From: Phocaeicola sp. | GTDB lineage: Bacteria; Bacteroidota; Bacteroidia; Bacteroidales; Bacteroidaceae | Length of the DNA stretch: 64,000 bases | Direction: 5' to 3' | Assembly (NCBI GenBank): GCA_034094155.1 | Contig: JAXEBI010000046.1 | Location: 52 to 64,051, forward strand | Shown here: positions 41,041-51,240 of the stretch, piece by piece | Layout: the number at the start of each line of letters is the position of its first letter | How positions within the stretch are numbered: position 1 is the first letter of the stretch | Made by a program: the position numbers and the translations under genes | The notes under the pieces: model-generated | The model's database searches: none | What the model was told of the DNA's origin: nothing | What the model saw: only the letters and a program-made list of their open reading frames with translations

Positions 41041-41160
41041 ATGGGAAAAGAAGAATATCATGCACCGGTAGTGAAAAACTGTGAGATGGATACAGAAGGG
41101 GTTGTTGTATCTTTTGATAGTGGAATTATAGCTCCTCCATTCAATGAAGATGAGTGGTAA
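41041..41160 (+). CDS. 39-aa small peptide with YxxP leader-like motif (MGKEEYHAPVVKNCEMDTEGVVVSFDSGIIAPPFNEDEW)
   Basis: Hand-translated ATG-TAA ORF, below the ORF-track cutoff; TAATTTTG -7 box at 40999-41006; matches the K-x-x-Y-x-x-P-x10-E-x4-S pattern I recall for Bacteroidales small peptides found upstream of surface-protein genes. Confidence 0.65.
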   Translation: MGKEEYHAPVVKNCEMDTEGVVVSFDSGIIAPPFNEDEW

Positions 41161-41356
41161 CAATGAAGAAGATTTTTTTAGCAGCTAAAGAGTATTGTCT
41201 ATGTAGTAACGAGACGACAATGTTAATTGGCTTTATCATTATTAATTAATTCTTTTACTTATAATAATTGTAAATTATCTTATAATGAGAAAGTTGAAAT
41301 TATTATTAAGTGGTATATTACTGTATATTTTTATGTTATAATATTATTTGAGATCT

Positions 41357-44300
41357 ATGGAAAAACTTAATTTAATTACTTTTTTTCAGGTTATCTTTTT
41401 CTTGATAATAGCTAACGGCTGTACGGAAAAAGAAGTTGTTAAACAGGATACCTCACCAAGTATAGAGTTTATTGGAGATAGTGATCCTAAACCTGTAATT
41501 GATAGTGAAGGGGGAATTGTGAGTATTGATTTTAACGCAAAGTCGGATTGGTATGCTAATTTAGAATCCGACTGGCTTTCGGTAGAACCTTCAAAAGGAA
41601 ATGCTGGAACTGTAAGTTTAAAAGTCATTGCAATTAGTAATGAAACTTATTATGAACGTAATGCCGCATTGACAATTACGTCCGGTAATACCAGAAAGAA
41701 ACTGACAATCACTCAGAAACAGAAAGATGCATTGATTGTTACATCAAATAAAGTAGAGGTTAGTATGGCCGGAGGTGTATTCAGTGTTGAACTGAAATCT
41801 AATACAGATGTATCATACGAAATTGATTCTGAAGCAAAAGGATGGATTAAGCCAGTCTCATCAAGGGGGCTTACAACTACTGTCTGGAATTTCGAGGCTG
41901 AAGAAAATCCTTCAGAAGAGGCAAGAAGTGGAATTATAACTGTAAAAGGAAATAACCTTACAGAAGAAATTACTGTTTATCAGGAAGGAAGTAAGCCGGC
42001 AATTATTATTTCGAAAAAAGAATGTATTGTGTCTGATAAAGGCGATACTTTAAAGATTGAACTAAAAAGTAATATAGAATATGAGGTTAAGTTCCCGGAT
42101 GTGGACTGGATAAAGGAAGTTAGTTCACGTTCTTTTTCTGCGTTCACTCATTATTATATTATAAGTGTTAATGATTCGTATGATTCACGCTCTGCTGATA
42201 TTGTATTTATAAATAAGGAGAATAATATTGAAGAAACTGTTAGAATTACTCAGGTTCAGAAAAATGCTATCCTAATGGCCCAAAACAAGTATACGGCAAA
42301 TCCGGATGGAGAAACTATTGTACTTGATGTAAACACAAATGTTGACTTTAGTATTAAAGTTCCGCAATGGATTGAGGCGTCTGATAAATCGAGGGGATTA
42401 ATTGAGAAAAAATTGTCGTTTACAGTAAAACCTAATGTTTCGTCCAATAATAGAACTGGTAATATAGAATTGTTTTATGGTGATCTTAAACAGTATGTTG
42501 AGGTATCTCAGAGGAGTATCCTGGCTGAAAAACACAGACAAGCCTTGATAGAATTATATAAGGCCACTGATGGCGATAATTGGACAAACAATACTAACTG
42601 GTGTAGTGATAAGCCTATATACGAATGGTATGGTGTGAACCATTGTTATGGCGATTGGGAAAGAATTAAAAAAGATTATGTAGTATCTCTAAGTCTTGAA
42701 AACAACAATCTGAGAGGTGTGTTACCAGAGGGTGCTGCTATTCTTATGGACTCTTGTCATAGGGCTGATCCATGGTATAAAGGTTTTAATATTTCTGGAA
42801 ATGGAATTGTCGGTAAAATTCCGGAATCTGTATTTAATCATCCTAAATGGGAAGAAATAGGATGGGATATTATTTCTCAATCTCCGGGGTTAGGCGATAT
42901 TATAGTGCCCGATAAATATAACCTATTTATAGAAAATAAAGGTATCAATGTTTATAATACTGGAAAGGATACTGAGCTATATAATATATTATCAGATAAC
43001 GAAGTTACTATAGTGTATAACCTGTCGGGCGGTGAGATTTGTTTTGAAACTATAGATTTTACTGAAGAAAGGGTAAACCAGCATCTTGACTATCATAACA
43101 AGGGTCTTGGCACTGTATATTGCTTCCGCGAAAAAGAGAATATTAAAAAATGGGTAGAAAAATATGTTCCCGATAATGTTCCGGAGGATATTCTGTTTAC
43201 AACAGACTGGGGTCATAGAACTGGTGCTCATTATCCTCATGGATGGGTATATATGTATGATAAAAAAGGCGAACTTATTTATTCTGCATTGAGGGTTTAT
43301 GATATACCCGAGTCATGGTATAATAATAAGGTAGACAGTGTATTGAGGTCTCGTTTGGGGGAACCGGAAGATCATCCGCACTTTGAAATGGATGATTTTT
43401 ATACTTCTACAGACTACTCAAAGGATGGTGAGGTCTTTACTTTACAGAAAGCGTCGGAAGGTAGCGGACTGGATTTGGTTTTGTTAGGTGAAGCTTTTGT
43501 AGATAAGGATATGGAACCTGGTGGCTATTATGAGGAAACGATGAAGAATGCTATGGAAGAACTTTTCTCTATAGAACCATATAAGAGTTTGCGTAACAGA
43601 TTTAATGTATATTCTGTTAAGGTCGTCTCGCCTAATAATATTTTCAATATGCCGGAAGCCTCTACAGCTATTATGGAAAATAATGGAGTGTGTTTTGAAT
43701 ATGCGAATAAAATCCCGAATCTTAAGAAGGATCGCCTGTGGATATGTGTGGTTTATGGCAAAGAAAATTTGTGGCGCTCATATACTTCTATGTATGATGA
43801 TGGAAGTTTCGTGTCGTATATGATGAAAGGCGTTTCCGAAGTTCTGATACATGAAGTTGGAGGCCATGGAATTGCACAATTGCTTGATGAATATATTGAG
43901 TATGGAAATGAAGATGCTTCCTTGCCAGAGGATCAGAAGAATTTATTGGATTATTATTGGCAAAATATGGAAAGAGGTGCGAATGTTGACTGGAAAGGTA
44001 ATCTTTCTGAAATTAAATGGAGTCATTTACTTAACGATGAAAGGTTCGACAGTGAGAAGTTAGGAATTTATGAGGGTGCTTTCTTATATAGATGGGGAGC
44101 ATACAGGTCTTCTGAAAACAGTATGATGCGATATAATGACTATTATTTCAACGCACCGAGTAGAGAACAGATATATAAAACAGTAATGAAATATTCTGAA
44201 GCTGACAGTTGGACTTACGATTATGAGACTTTTGTGAAATTTGATATGAATTCGGGCGCTTCACACTTCTCAAGAGTGATGGATAAAGATTTATCGGATG

Positions 44301-44407
44301 ATGAAAAAGAGGAATTTGCCAAGAATCACCATTCTCCGGTTTTCGTTAAAGGAGGATGGAAAGATGAGATTGGAAGAAAGAAAAGTATTACTGTTCCATT
44401 AAGGTAA
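41357..44407 (+). CDS. Surface lipoprotein: four BACON domains, LRR-cap-like region, thioredoxin-like region and C-terminal M64 (IgA-peptidase-like) metallopeptidase
   Basis: Lipobox ANGC; repeated W..V...N....R.....Q BACON units; ALIELYKATDGDNW..NTNW..WYGV LRR cap; STDYSKDGEV..LQKA, DLVLLGEAF, EPYKSLRNRFNVY, HEVGGH zinc motif, YEGA..YR..NSMMR. Confidence 0.82.
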   Translation: MEKLNLITFFQVIFFLIIANGCTEKEVVKQDTSPSIEFIGDSDPKPVIDSEGGIVSIDFNAKSDWYANLESDWLSVEPSKGNAGTVSLKVIAISNETYYERNAALTITSGNTRKKLTITQKQKDALIVTSNKVEVSMAGGVFSVELKSNTDVSYEIDSEAKGWIKPVSSRGLTTTVWNFEAEENPSEEARSGIITVKGNNLTEEITVYQEGSKPAIIISKKECIVSDKGDTLKIELKSNIEYEVKFPDVDWIKEVSSRSFSAFTHYYIISVNDSYDSRSADIVFINKENNIEETVRITQVQKNAILMAQNKYTANPDGETIVLDVNTNVDFSIKVPQWIEASDKSRGLIEKKLSFTVKPNVSSNNRTGNIELFYGDLKQYVEVSQRSILAEKHRQALIELYKATDGDNWTNNTNWCSDKPIYEWYGVNHCYGDWERIKKDYVVSLSLENNNLRGVLPEGAAILMDSCHRADPWYKGFNISGNGIVGKIPESVFNHPKWEEIGWDIISQSPGLGDIIVPDKYNLFIENKGINVYNTGKDTELYNILSDNEVTIVYNLSGGEICFETIDFTEERVNQHLDYHNKGLGTVYCFREKENIKKWVEKYVPDNVPEDILFTTDWGHRTGAHYPHGWVYMYDKKGELIYSALRVYDIPESWYNNKVDSVLRSRLGEPEDHPHFEMDDFYTSTDYSKDGEVFTLQKASEGSGLDLVLLGEAFVDKDMEPGGYYEETMKNAMEELFSIEPYKSLRNRFNVYSVKVVSPNNIFNMPEASTAIMENNGVCFEYANKIPNLKKDRLWICVVYGKENLWRSYTSMYDDGSFVSYMMKGVSEVLIHEVGGHGIAQLLDEYIEYGNEDASLPEDQKNLLDYYWQNMERGANVDWKGNLSEIKWSHLLNDERFDSEKLGIYEGAFLYRWGAYRSSENSMMRYNDYYFNAPSREQIYKTVMKYSEADSWTYDYETFVKFDMNSGASHFSRVMDKDLSDDEKEEFAKNHHSPVFVKGGWKDEIGRKKSITVPLR

Positions 44408-44430
44408 AATGTTTGAGCAGTAAGTTGTCA

Positions 44431-44482
44431 AAATGCCGAAACGTGATATGTTTATATTTGCGTTTCGGCATTTATTTTTTTT
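44431..44482 (+). terminator. Intrinsic terminator
   Basis: AAATGCCGAAACG...CGTTTCGGCATTT followed by a T run. Confidence 0.78.
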
Positions 44483-44614
44483 CTTGAAATAAAATATCTT
44501 TGGTAGCTCTTTGGATGATTTTCAGTGGATGGTATAGTCTTTACCAACCATGAAGTAGTAATTTTTTTTTAATAATATATTGTTTAACTTGTAATATATT
44601 TAACTATAAAAGTT

Positions 44615-45303
44615 ATGAAAAAACTGATAGCTGCACTCCTTTGTGCATTCTTCGCTTCGACTGTGGGTATTCAGAAAGTTGATGCGCAAAGTCAGACAAA
44701 TTCTGTTATGTCTGACGAGTATAACAGGAATAGTGTCTCGCTGGTATATGTGTCCAGAGGTAACAAATACGACAGACAGATTTCTGATATATTGAGAAAA
44801 TATTTCAACACTTCGGATTACTCAAACAAATTCGACTATAACTCTATTAAGACAGGTTTGGCCTTAATGATGGTGAAATGATGAATTCGAAGATTATCAA
44901 GAACAGGGGAATGTATGATCTTACTGATAATGACAGCCTGCTGCTTAGGGCTGTGTATGATGGCCTTTTCACTAAAGGTGACGGTGGTTATGACTTGATA
45001 AAAAACAGTTATGTGATATTCCTCGACTTCCCTAAGGTGGAGAGCCGCAGAGAAAATGATGGAAGTGTAAACTGGAGTACGCAGAGTAATCTGTATGTAT
45101 ATCAGCTGGATTATAATTCTCAGGTATACGAAACCATAAAAAAATCATGGCCTTATAAAGACGATCCCGATTATCTGAGGAAAGAGAAAAAATATACTTA
45201 TGACAACATGAAGGTGGTGCTTTGTTCCAGACAGTGCCCCCTCCAGTGCCTCCGGTACCGCTGGTTCCACCAGTATAAATACATGCTTTTATCTAAAAGC
45301 TGA
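44615..45303 (+). pseudogene. Fragmented exported protein (two ORF pieces plus an out-of-frame Pro-rich tail)
   Basis: Signal peptide MKKLIAALLCAFFAST in an 88-aa piece, continuation in another frame (44878-45303), and a third-frame VPPPVPPVPLVPPV* ending at about 45277. Confidence 0.55.
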
Positions 45304-45347
45304 ATATATATATATTGAATCATTAACCTGGATATTAAAAAAGAAGT

Positions 45348-45659
45348 ATGGACGACAATAATAATTTATCAATAGATAAAATGCTGGAAACTGCAATGGC
45401 TTTTTCCATGGCGAGTATGTTTACAGATGCCATGCGTAATATATGCAGAACAAATATCAATGATTTGGAAAATATTAATCCGCAGAGACCACTGAAATAT
45501 ATATATGCTATAATAAATGGTAAACAACAGGGACCATTCAGTCTTGGTGAGATTCTTGACAGAATATCATCGGGCGAAATAACCAGACAATCATATATAT
45601 GGAAAACCGGCATGGATGAATGGAAAATGGCAGAAGATATAGATGATATCAGACCATAG
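45348..45659 (+). CDS. GYF_2 (DUF4339) domain protein
   Basis: YAIINGKQQGPFSLGEI...GEITRQSYIWKTGMDEWKMAEDI is a typical GYF_2 signature. Confidence 0.78.
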   Translation: MDDNNNLSIDKMLETAMAFSMASMFTDAMRNICRTNINDLENINPQRPLKYIYAIINGKQQGPFSLGEILDRISSGEITRQSYIWKTGMDEWKMAEDIDDIRP

Positions 45660-45787
45660 GTTTTGATGGTATTAATAACAATATATTTGATATTTATAAT
45701 ATTTTGAATATGTATATAGTAATTTCTGATTAATATAAGGACTATTTAGAATATATGGAATATTAATTTATTCGCAGCATGTTAAAA

Positions 45788-46079
45788 ATGAAAGTAAATT
45801 ATGTTTTTTTAGTTTTGTCATTACTTACCGCTATACTTATAGCATATAGTTTTTGCGCCATAGGTATGGATACATTGAAGGGAGTTTTAGTGGGTCTTCT
45901 TTCTGCAATATATCTTTCGGGGAGTGATAGCAGTAAGTATTGTGGGTAATCCACGGTCTACTACATTAATGCGTGTATCTTGTACTGTATTCATACTGGT
46001 TATGATTATAGCGAATTCATTATTCACTGTTTTCTGTGCAGGTAACAGTTTGTTTTTTATTGTAAAAATGTTACTGTAG
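45788..46079 (+). pseudogene. Frameshifted small multi-TM membrane protein
   Basis: MKVNYVFLVLSLLTAILIAYSFCAIGMDTLKGVLVGLLSAIYLS, then after one extra G in the G4 run at 45919-45922, GVIAVSIVGNPRSTTLMRVSCTVFILVMIIANSLFTVFCAGNSLFFIVKMLL*. Confidence 0.55.
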
Positions 46080-46620
46080 CAGTAACAACTGATAATAATA
46101 TATATTATGTTGACATGAGTTCTGTTAATTTTGATATGACTGATGTCCATAGCGTAAAACAAATATCGATAAACCTTGCGAATGTAACTGGAATTGAAAA
46201 GAATTATGATTTAACTTCAAATGAAATTCCGGATAATAATTTCATGAAATGTTTGCTTGAGAATTGCGATATTAATGGTGACAAAAGAGTCACATATTCA
46301 GAAGTCTTGTCTACTGAGGGGTTGGAAATAAGTTCTAAATCTATAAGTTCACTAAAAGGAATTGAATATTGTAAAAATTTGATATACTTACATTGTGAGT
46401 ATAATGAACTTACTGATCTTGATTTAAATAATAATACCAAACTTGGATATCTGCAGTTAGGGCACAATAAGCTCACTCGTCTGGATATATATCATAATAA
46501 TCTTACATCGCTTGATGTAAGCAAATGTAGTGAGCACATGTAGTACGTAGATGTTTATCCACAGTATAAGGTTGGTTCATTATTCTTTGTTGATGAATTA
46601 TTTGTTTGTTAAGGCTGTTG
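46080..46620 (+). pseudogene. Internal fragment of a leucine-rich-repeat surface protein
   Basis: IPDNNFMKCLLENCDINGD...ISSLKGIEYCKNLIYLHCEYNELTDLDL LRR units; no signal peptide; breaks down into stops after 46543. Confidence 0.65.
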
Positions 46621-46758
46621 ATCAGAAAATTGATAATTGCAACCTCCCTGAAGATTCTGAAATAAAAGAAGTTGTTGTAGATAGAAATTAATATTCTGAT
46701 GTCAGTTTGAAGATATAAATTATTTATTTGTTTATAATATTCGCTACTAAGAGTACGT

Positions 46759-46802
46759 AAAATTAAAGCCGCCTCGGAATCTCCGCAGGCGGCTTTAATT
46801 TT
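46759..46802. terminator. Bidirectional terminator after ompA-like gene
   Basis: AAAATTAAAGCCGCCT...AGGCGGCTTTAATTTT. Confidence 0.78.
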
Positions 46803-46912
46803 ATAATTTATTCTATAATAAAATTAATATATCACCTAATATAATATAAATATATATTATTTAAAATATCAGATTAATACATTAATAATTAAAATACGTT
46901 ACCGTTCAGAAA

Positions 46913-48028
46913 TTACATACCTGTAAGAGTAGTGATAGTCACACGGTTCATGTTAGGTTTAGAGAACATAGAACCTACACCCTTACCTTCAGCATTGATT
47001 CTGTCAGCTTCGATACCGAACTTGTTAACAAGGATTTCCTTAACAGTTTCAGCACGTTTAACAGACAATTTCTGGTTGAATTCAGCATTACCTTCTGGAG
47101 AAGCATAACCGCAAACATTGATAGTAGCAGAAGGATTATTCTTCATGAAATCAGCAATCTTTTCGATGTTAGCCATTTGTCTTGATTCTACAAGATACTT
47201 GCCGATTGGGAATGAAACAACTGGTTCGAATGAAGTTACTTCCTTATTCTTGTTCTTGTCGTTCAAGCAGTTCTGAAGATCAGCTTTAGTTCTAGCGTTT
47301 TCAGCCTTCAAAGCATCGATATTAGAGTTCTTGTCAGAAAGTTCTTTTCTCAAGTCATTGATAGACTGGTTAAGAGCATCCACTTCTGCCTGGTCGTAAG
47401 CTTTCTGGATAGTACGGTAATGTTTACCGTTGCTGCATTTGAAGTGATAAGTTACACCTGCAAGCAATTCAACATATGCATTATTCTTGTTAAGACACTG
47501 AGCTCTGTATCCGTCCATCTTGTAGACAATAGCAGGTTTTACATTGATAGACCATGCCTTAGATTCACCCAAGTTGAAGTTCAAGCTGGCACCGAAGCGG
47601 CTGGTAAGATAGCTGTCGTCCCATCTTTGTGAAGAAGGGAAGAATTCGTGTCCCCAGTTAAGTCCTACTACAGTTTCAATTTCGAAGAGGCGAGGCTTAC
47701 CGTTATAACCGGCAAAAAGGTTATTAAGGTTAAGTTTACCGTTCAAACCAAGGCTAAGGTAATCAAGAGCTGAAGCACTCCATGTAGTGTTGGCAGCAGT
47801 AAGTCCCTGGAAAGAAACACCTACTACCGGAGTAAGCTGCTTACCTATTTCAATTCCAAAAGCGCCGTGCATTCCACCTTCGCTTACAGGAATAACACCA
47901 CCGACTTGTACACCGGCATACCAGTTATCACCAATTTTGTTGCCTTCGTAAGCATGCTGTGCATTTGCAATTCCGAAAGATGCAGCCAAAGCTAATACTG
48001 CGAGTCCAGTTTTTTTCATAATCGTCAT
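46913..48028 (-). CDS. OmpA-family outer membrane protein
   Basis: Signal peptide, N-terminal barrel (DNWYAGVQVGG), coiled coil, C-terminal peptidoglycan-binding domain GYASPEG..N.KLS.KRA..NR; own promoter TTTG(48287-48284)-N20-TACTTTTG(48263-48256). Confidence 0.92.
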   Translation of the reverse strand: MTIMKKTGLAVLALAASFGIANAQHAYEGNKIGDNWYAGVQVGGVIPVSEGGMHGAFGIEIGKQLTPVVGVSFQGLTAANTTWSASALDYLSLGLNGKLNLNNLFAGYNGKPRLFEIETVVGLNWGHEFFPSSQRWDDSYLTSRFGASLNFNLGESKAWSINVKPAIVYKMDGYRAQCLNKNNAYVELLAGVTYHFKCSNGKHYRTIQKAYDQAEVDALNQSINDLRKELSDKNSNIDALKAENARTKADLQNCLNDKNKNKEVTSFEPVVSFPIGKYLVESRQMANIEKIADFMKNNPSATINVCGYASPEGNAEFNQKLSVKRAETVKEILVNKFGIEADRINAEGKGVGSMFSKPNMNRVTITTLTGM

Positions 48029-48453
48029 TTTTTAATGTTATACTTAATTTTTCGTTATAATTTATCAATCTTGTATAAATACGTTTTGTGTTAGTCTTTT
48101 ATTATATAACAAAAAAATCATGAAATTGTTTATTGAAAATGAAGAAACTTTTTCTTTTTAATATTATAGTGTGTATTCTTTCTTTTAAATGAATAATTCA
48201 TATTTTTCTCATTATTATAATAAAAGGTTAGTATGCCATCTCAAAATAATATATACAAAAGTACATTATTAAATTTGAAAAAGCAAAATTAAACTAATGT
48301 TTTCTGCTATTTTTATTACAAAATATCAGATAAATGATGTTTATTTAAAATAAAATCACCTCTATAACACTTTTACATCATGTATATAGAGATGATTTTA
48401 TACAGTAATTAATTCTTTATACTATCTTTTATTCTTAATATTTCTTTCAGATT

Positions 48454-49713
48454 TTATTTGTCGCTTCCGCTTGTACCACCCGAATGCTTGTCGGCACTTT
48501 CCTGAGTGTAAGTAACCTTAGTTCCTGTGTAAGTCTTTATAGTAGTCGAAGCCTTACCGCTTGTGAGGTCAAATGTATAAGTAGTTGTAACGTATGTATT
48601 CTCTACCTTGTAGTAAATAATATTGTTACCGCTGATGTTTGCAGTAGCTTCGTAGTCTACAGTAGACACTCCGTTTGTACCAGCCTGAGAAGAAACAGCG
48701 TTGTTCATAAGAGAAACAAGGTTAGCATTCAGGTTAGCGTCGAATCCTGAAGTAACTTCAGAACCGATTTTTGCTTTATATGCAATCTTGAAATCCTTCA
48801 CTGCATTCATGTTTCCGCTGTTGTCGTATTTGCCGGAAGCCACTTCTTCAGTCTGAACAGAGCTTACAGTAGCTGCGAAAGGCACTCTGAAAGAGTAGTC
48901 GCCTGCTACATTTCCATCCTTAAGTTCATAGATATAAGAATTCGATTCTCTGTCGTATGCAGTTTCGCCTACAAGAGTATAAGAAGATTCTGCAGCACGT
49001 GTCTTTGAACTTCTGTACAGATACATACTTCTGAATGAAGCACCGTTTTCTGTTGGGTTTGCAAGAGCGATGAAAACTTTGTCTGCACTCACATCCTTGT
49101 CGGTAGTAACATATACGTTCATTACAGCAGCATTACCGTCATTTGTGCCGGCTGCTTCCTGTTCCTGTACATATTCAGACAGAGAAATATTAAGTCCGCC
49201 GTCCTGTACCTTGTCTGAAGGCAATTCCAGAGCCGATCCGTTCTTAACCTCGTTCAGGTTATCTTTCTTGTCGTTTGGAGTAACAACAACTATCTTACCT
49301 TCATTCTCTTCTTTTGTTACGTTTACGTTTTCCGATTTCTCAGACAGAGTAAAAGAAACAGCCACTACGTTTCTGTTTGCTGCATTGTTTGCTATCACAG
49401 CCACACCTTCAGCGTTAAGGTATCCGTCTTTCGATACGCTTACTGTGTATTCACCCTTTTCTGTAACAGTAGCCTTAAACAGACCGTTGGCATCAGTTGT
49501 AAGAGTCTCACCGTCTATTTTTACTGTTGCACCTGAAACAGCAGCACCGTTTTTGTCGGTTGTTCTACCGTTGATATAGTACTCAACGATGTCCTTCATA
49601 GGGTCATTAACAACTTCAGGTGTCTTTTCGTCATCATTCTTCGAGCATGATGAAATAACTCCTCCTGTCATAGAAAGAACAAGAGCCATTGTAATGAATT
49701 TGTTCATTTTCAT
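48454..49713 (-). CDS. Lipoprotein with carboxypeptidase-regulatory-like domain and C-terminal HSGG tail (DUF3869-like)
   Basis: Lipobox ISSC followed by SKNDDE; GRTTD..G.AVSGATV..TTDANGLF...YTVSVSKDGY domain; ends SADKHSGGTSGSDK. Confidence 0.65.
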   Translation of the reverse strand: MKMNKFITMALVLSMTGGVISSCSKNDDEKTPEVVNDPMKDIVEYYINGRTTDKNGAAVSGATVKIDGETLTTDANGLFKATVTEKGEYTVSVSKDGYLNAEGVAVIANNAANRNVVAVSFTLSEKSENVNVTKEENEGKIVVVTPNDKKDNLNEVKNGSALELPSDKVQDGGLNISLSEYVQEQEAAGTNDGNAAVMNVYVTTDKDVSADKVFIALANPTENGASFRSMYLYRSSKTRAAESSYTLVGETAYDRESNSYIYELKDGNVAGDYSFRVPFAATVSSVQTEEVASGKYDNSGNMNAVKDFKIAYKAKIGSEVTSGFDANLNANLVSLMNNAVSSQAGTNGVSTVDYEATANISGNNIIYYKVENTYVTTTYTFDLTSGKASTTIKTYTGTKVTYTQESADKHSGGTSGSDK

Positions 49714-49968
49714 TTCTGATTTTAATAAAATAATGTTTATAAATTAGATATATTTTGTATTTTGCCAAACACATATTAAACACAAATCACATCAAATTGT
49801 TCACTTCAAGTGTACATTTATATGTTAAAAAACAATGCAAATATAATAGTATTCTTTTAAAATTTAAGCATATAGTATAATATGTATATAATAAAAGGCT
49901 GAAAAAGCACTAAAGCACATAATGTTTCATTTTTTTTACAAACAAAACGTGTTCATATCAGTCGTGTA

Positions 49969-51240
49969 CTATTTTTCATTAGTCCTGTCAGTCTCTTTCA
50001 GCAGAAAATACCTGATATATTCCGGCTGGTAGAAACCTTTGCTTCTGTTGCTGCCTATATCCGAATTGTAGTATCTTCCTCTTTTGTTGTCTACATATTC
50101 TCCCCATGCCACCATATTATATCTGTAGCTGAAATAATCGGCCGGTTTAATTCTCACTCCGTTCCATCTGCTATATTTCTTTCCAGGAAGAGGTATAGCG
50201 AAACTGAATCCACCGTTGAAGTCCTTGTCGGCAAGCATAGCGAAAACCCCCACGGTATATTCTCCGAAGTGTCTCACAAGTTCTCCCTTCATACCATAGT
50301 CGCCATATACAAATCTGTTCACCGATCCGGTAATTTCAGTATTCCACCATGGCAGGTACACCCTTCCATACAGTTCGGCATCAATTTTGGGTTTGGTAGT
50401 TATAGCCCAGCCGTTATTGTCGAACATCGACCACACCGTAGCCCCCAGCTTACCGCCGGCTTCCCATCTTCCGTTTCTGCTTCTGTACATTGCTTCAAGG
50501 CATCCTCCCATTCTGTTATTGTTGAACAGGCCGGCAGTGCCCCATACTTTCCAGTTCCTTTTCAGGTCGAATCCCTGCCTCAGAGTTACATACCCCGGTC
50601 TGATGGTCTTAAGCTCACCCTTCTGGTTGGTCGCTATCGGGAAAATAACCTGTGCTGTAAGTTCCGCACCCTTCCACAGCGGCATTTCAATTGCAGGCGA
50701 AATAGCCACGGCATATCTGAACAATTTGTCGAGACTTGAATTTTCGAGATAAACAGAAGGGTAGACCACCAGATCAGGCTTCCATCTGCCCGAAGCCTCG
50801 TTTCTGCTGTCTTTCAGCATTTCCATTTCCCGGTCGGCGTTTGTGCTCATTTCCATACTGCACAGAATATCCCTCATCGAAACACTCCCGTTATGATAAC
50901 CTCTTACCAGTTCGTCCGGTATCCCCATTCTGAGTTGCGTCAAACCGTTTCTGTCGGTTACCACCATCACTATATCACCTTCCTTCTGAGCATTCACAGC
51001 AGCTTCCAGAGCCTTTCCTACGCCATAATACGAGCTTCTGAAAGTCCTGTCCTCAAAAGCCGTGATACTGCCGCCCGAAGAAGTCGGGACATATCTTATA
51101 TTTTCCATTCCCAGTTTCTGGAGAGCCACATCAACCTGAGCCTTCACACTGCTTATACCGCCGGCAAATACCATGGCAAGCGGCAAAGTTCCTCTTAGAT
51201 ATTTAGTGCTTAGAAATTTAGTGAATAAGTCTGCATTCAT
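49969..51240 (-). CDS. YjbH/GfcD-like outer-membrane beta-barrel protein (C-terminal-half-like)
   Basis: Signal peptide, LGMENIR, amphipathic strands, RFVYGDYG..GELVRHF, GGFSFAIPL. Confidence 0.68.
   Translation of the reverse strand: MNADLFTKFLSTKYLRGTLPLAMVFAGGISSVKAQVDVALQKLGMENIRYVPTSSGGSITAFEDRTFRSSYYGVGKALEAAVNAQKEGDIVMVVTDRNGLTQLRMGIPDELVRGYHNGSVSMRDILCSMEMSTNADREMEMLKDSRNEASGRWKPDLVVYPSVYLENSSLDKLFRYAVAISPAIEMPLWKGAELTAQVIFPIATNQKGELKTIRPGYVTLRQGFDLKRNWKVWGTAGLFNNNRMGGCLEAMYRSRNGRWEAGGKLGATVWSMFDNNGWAITTKPKIDAELYGRVYLPWWNTEITGSVNRFVYGDYGMKGELVRHFGEYTVGVFAMLADKDFNGGFSFAIPLPGKKYSRWNGVRIKPADYFSYRYNMVAWGEYVDNKRGRYYNSDIGSNRSKGFYQPEYIRYFLLKETDRTNEK

Noticed and set aside
45887-46162. 91-aa minus-strand ORF with a fimbrillin-like LLPAQ word
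   Set aside because: The + strand gives a more coherent frameshifted membrane protein over the same bases.
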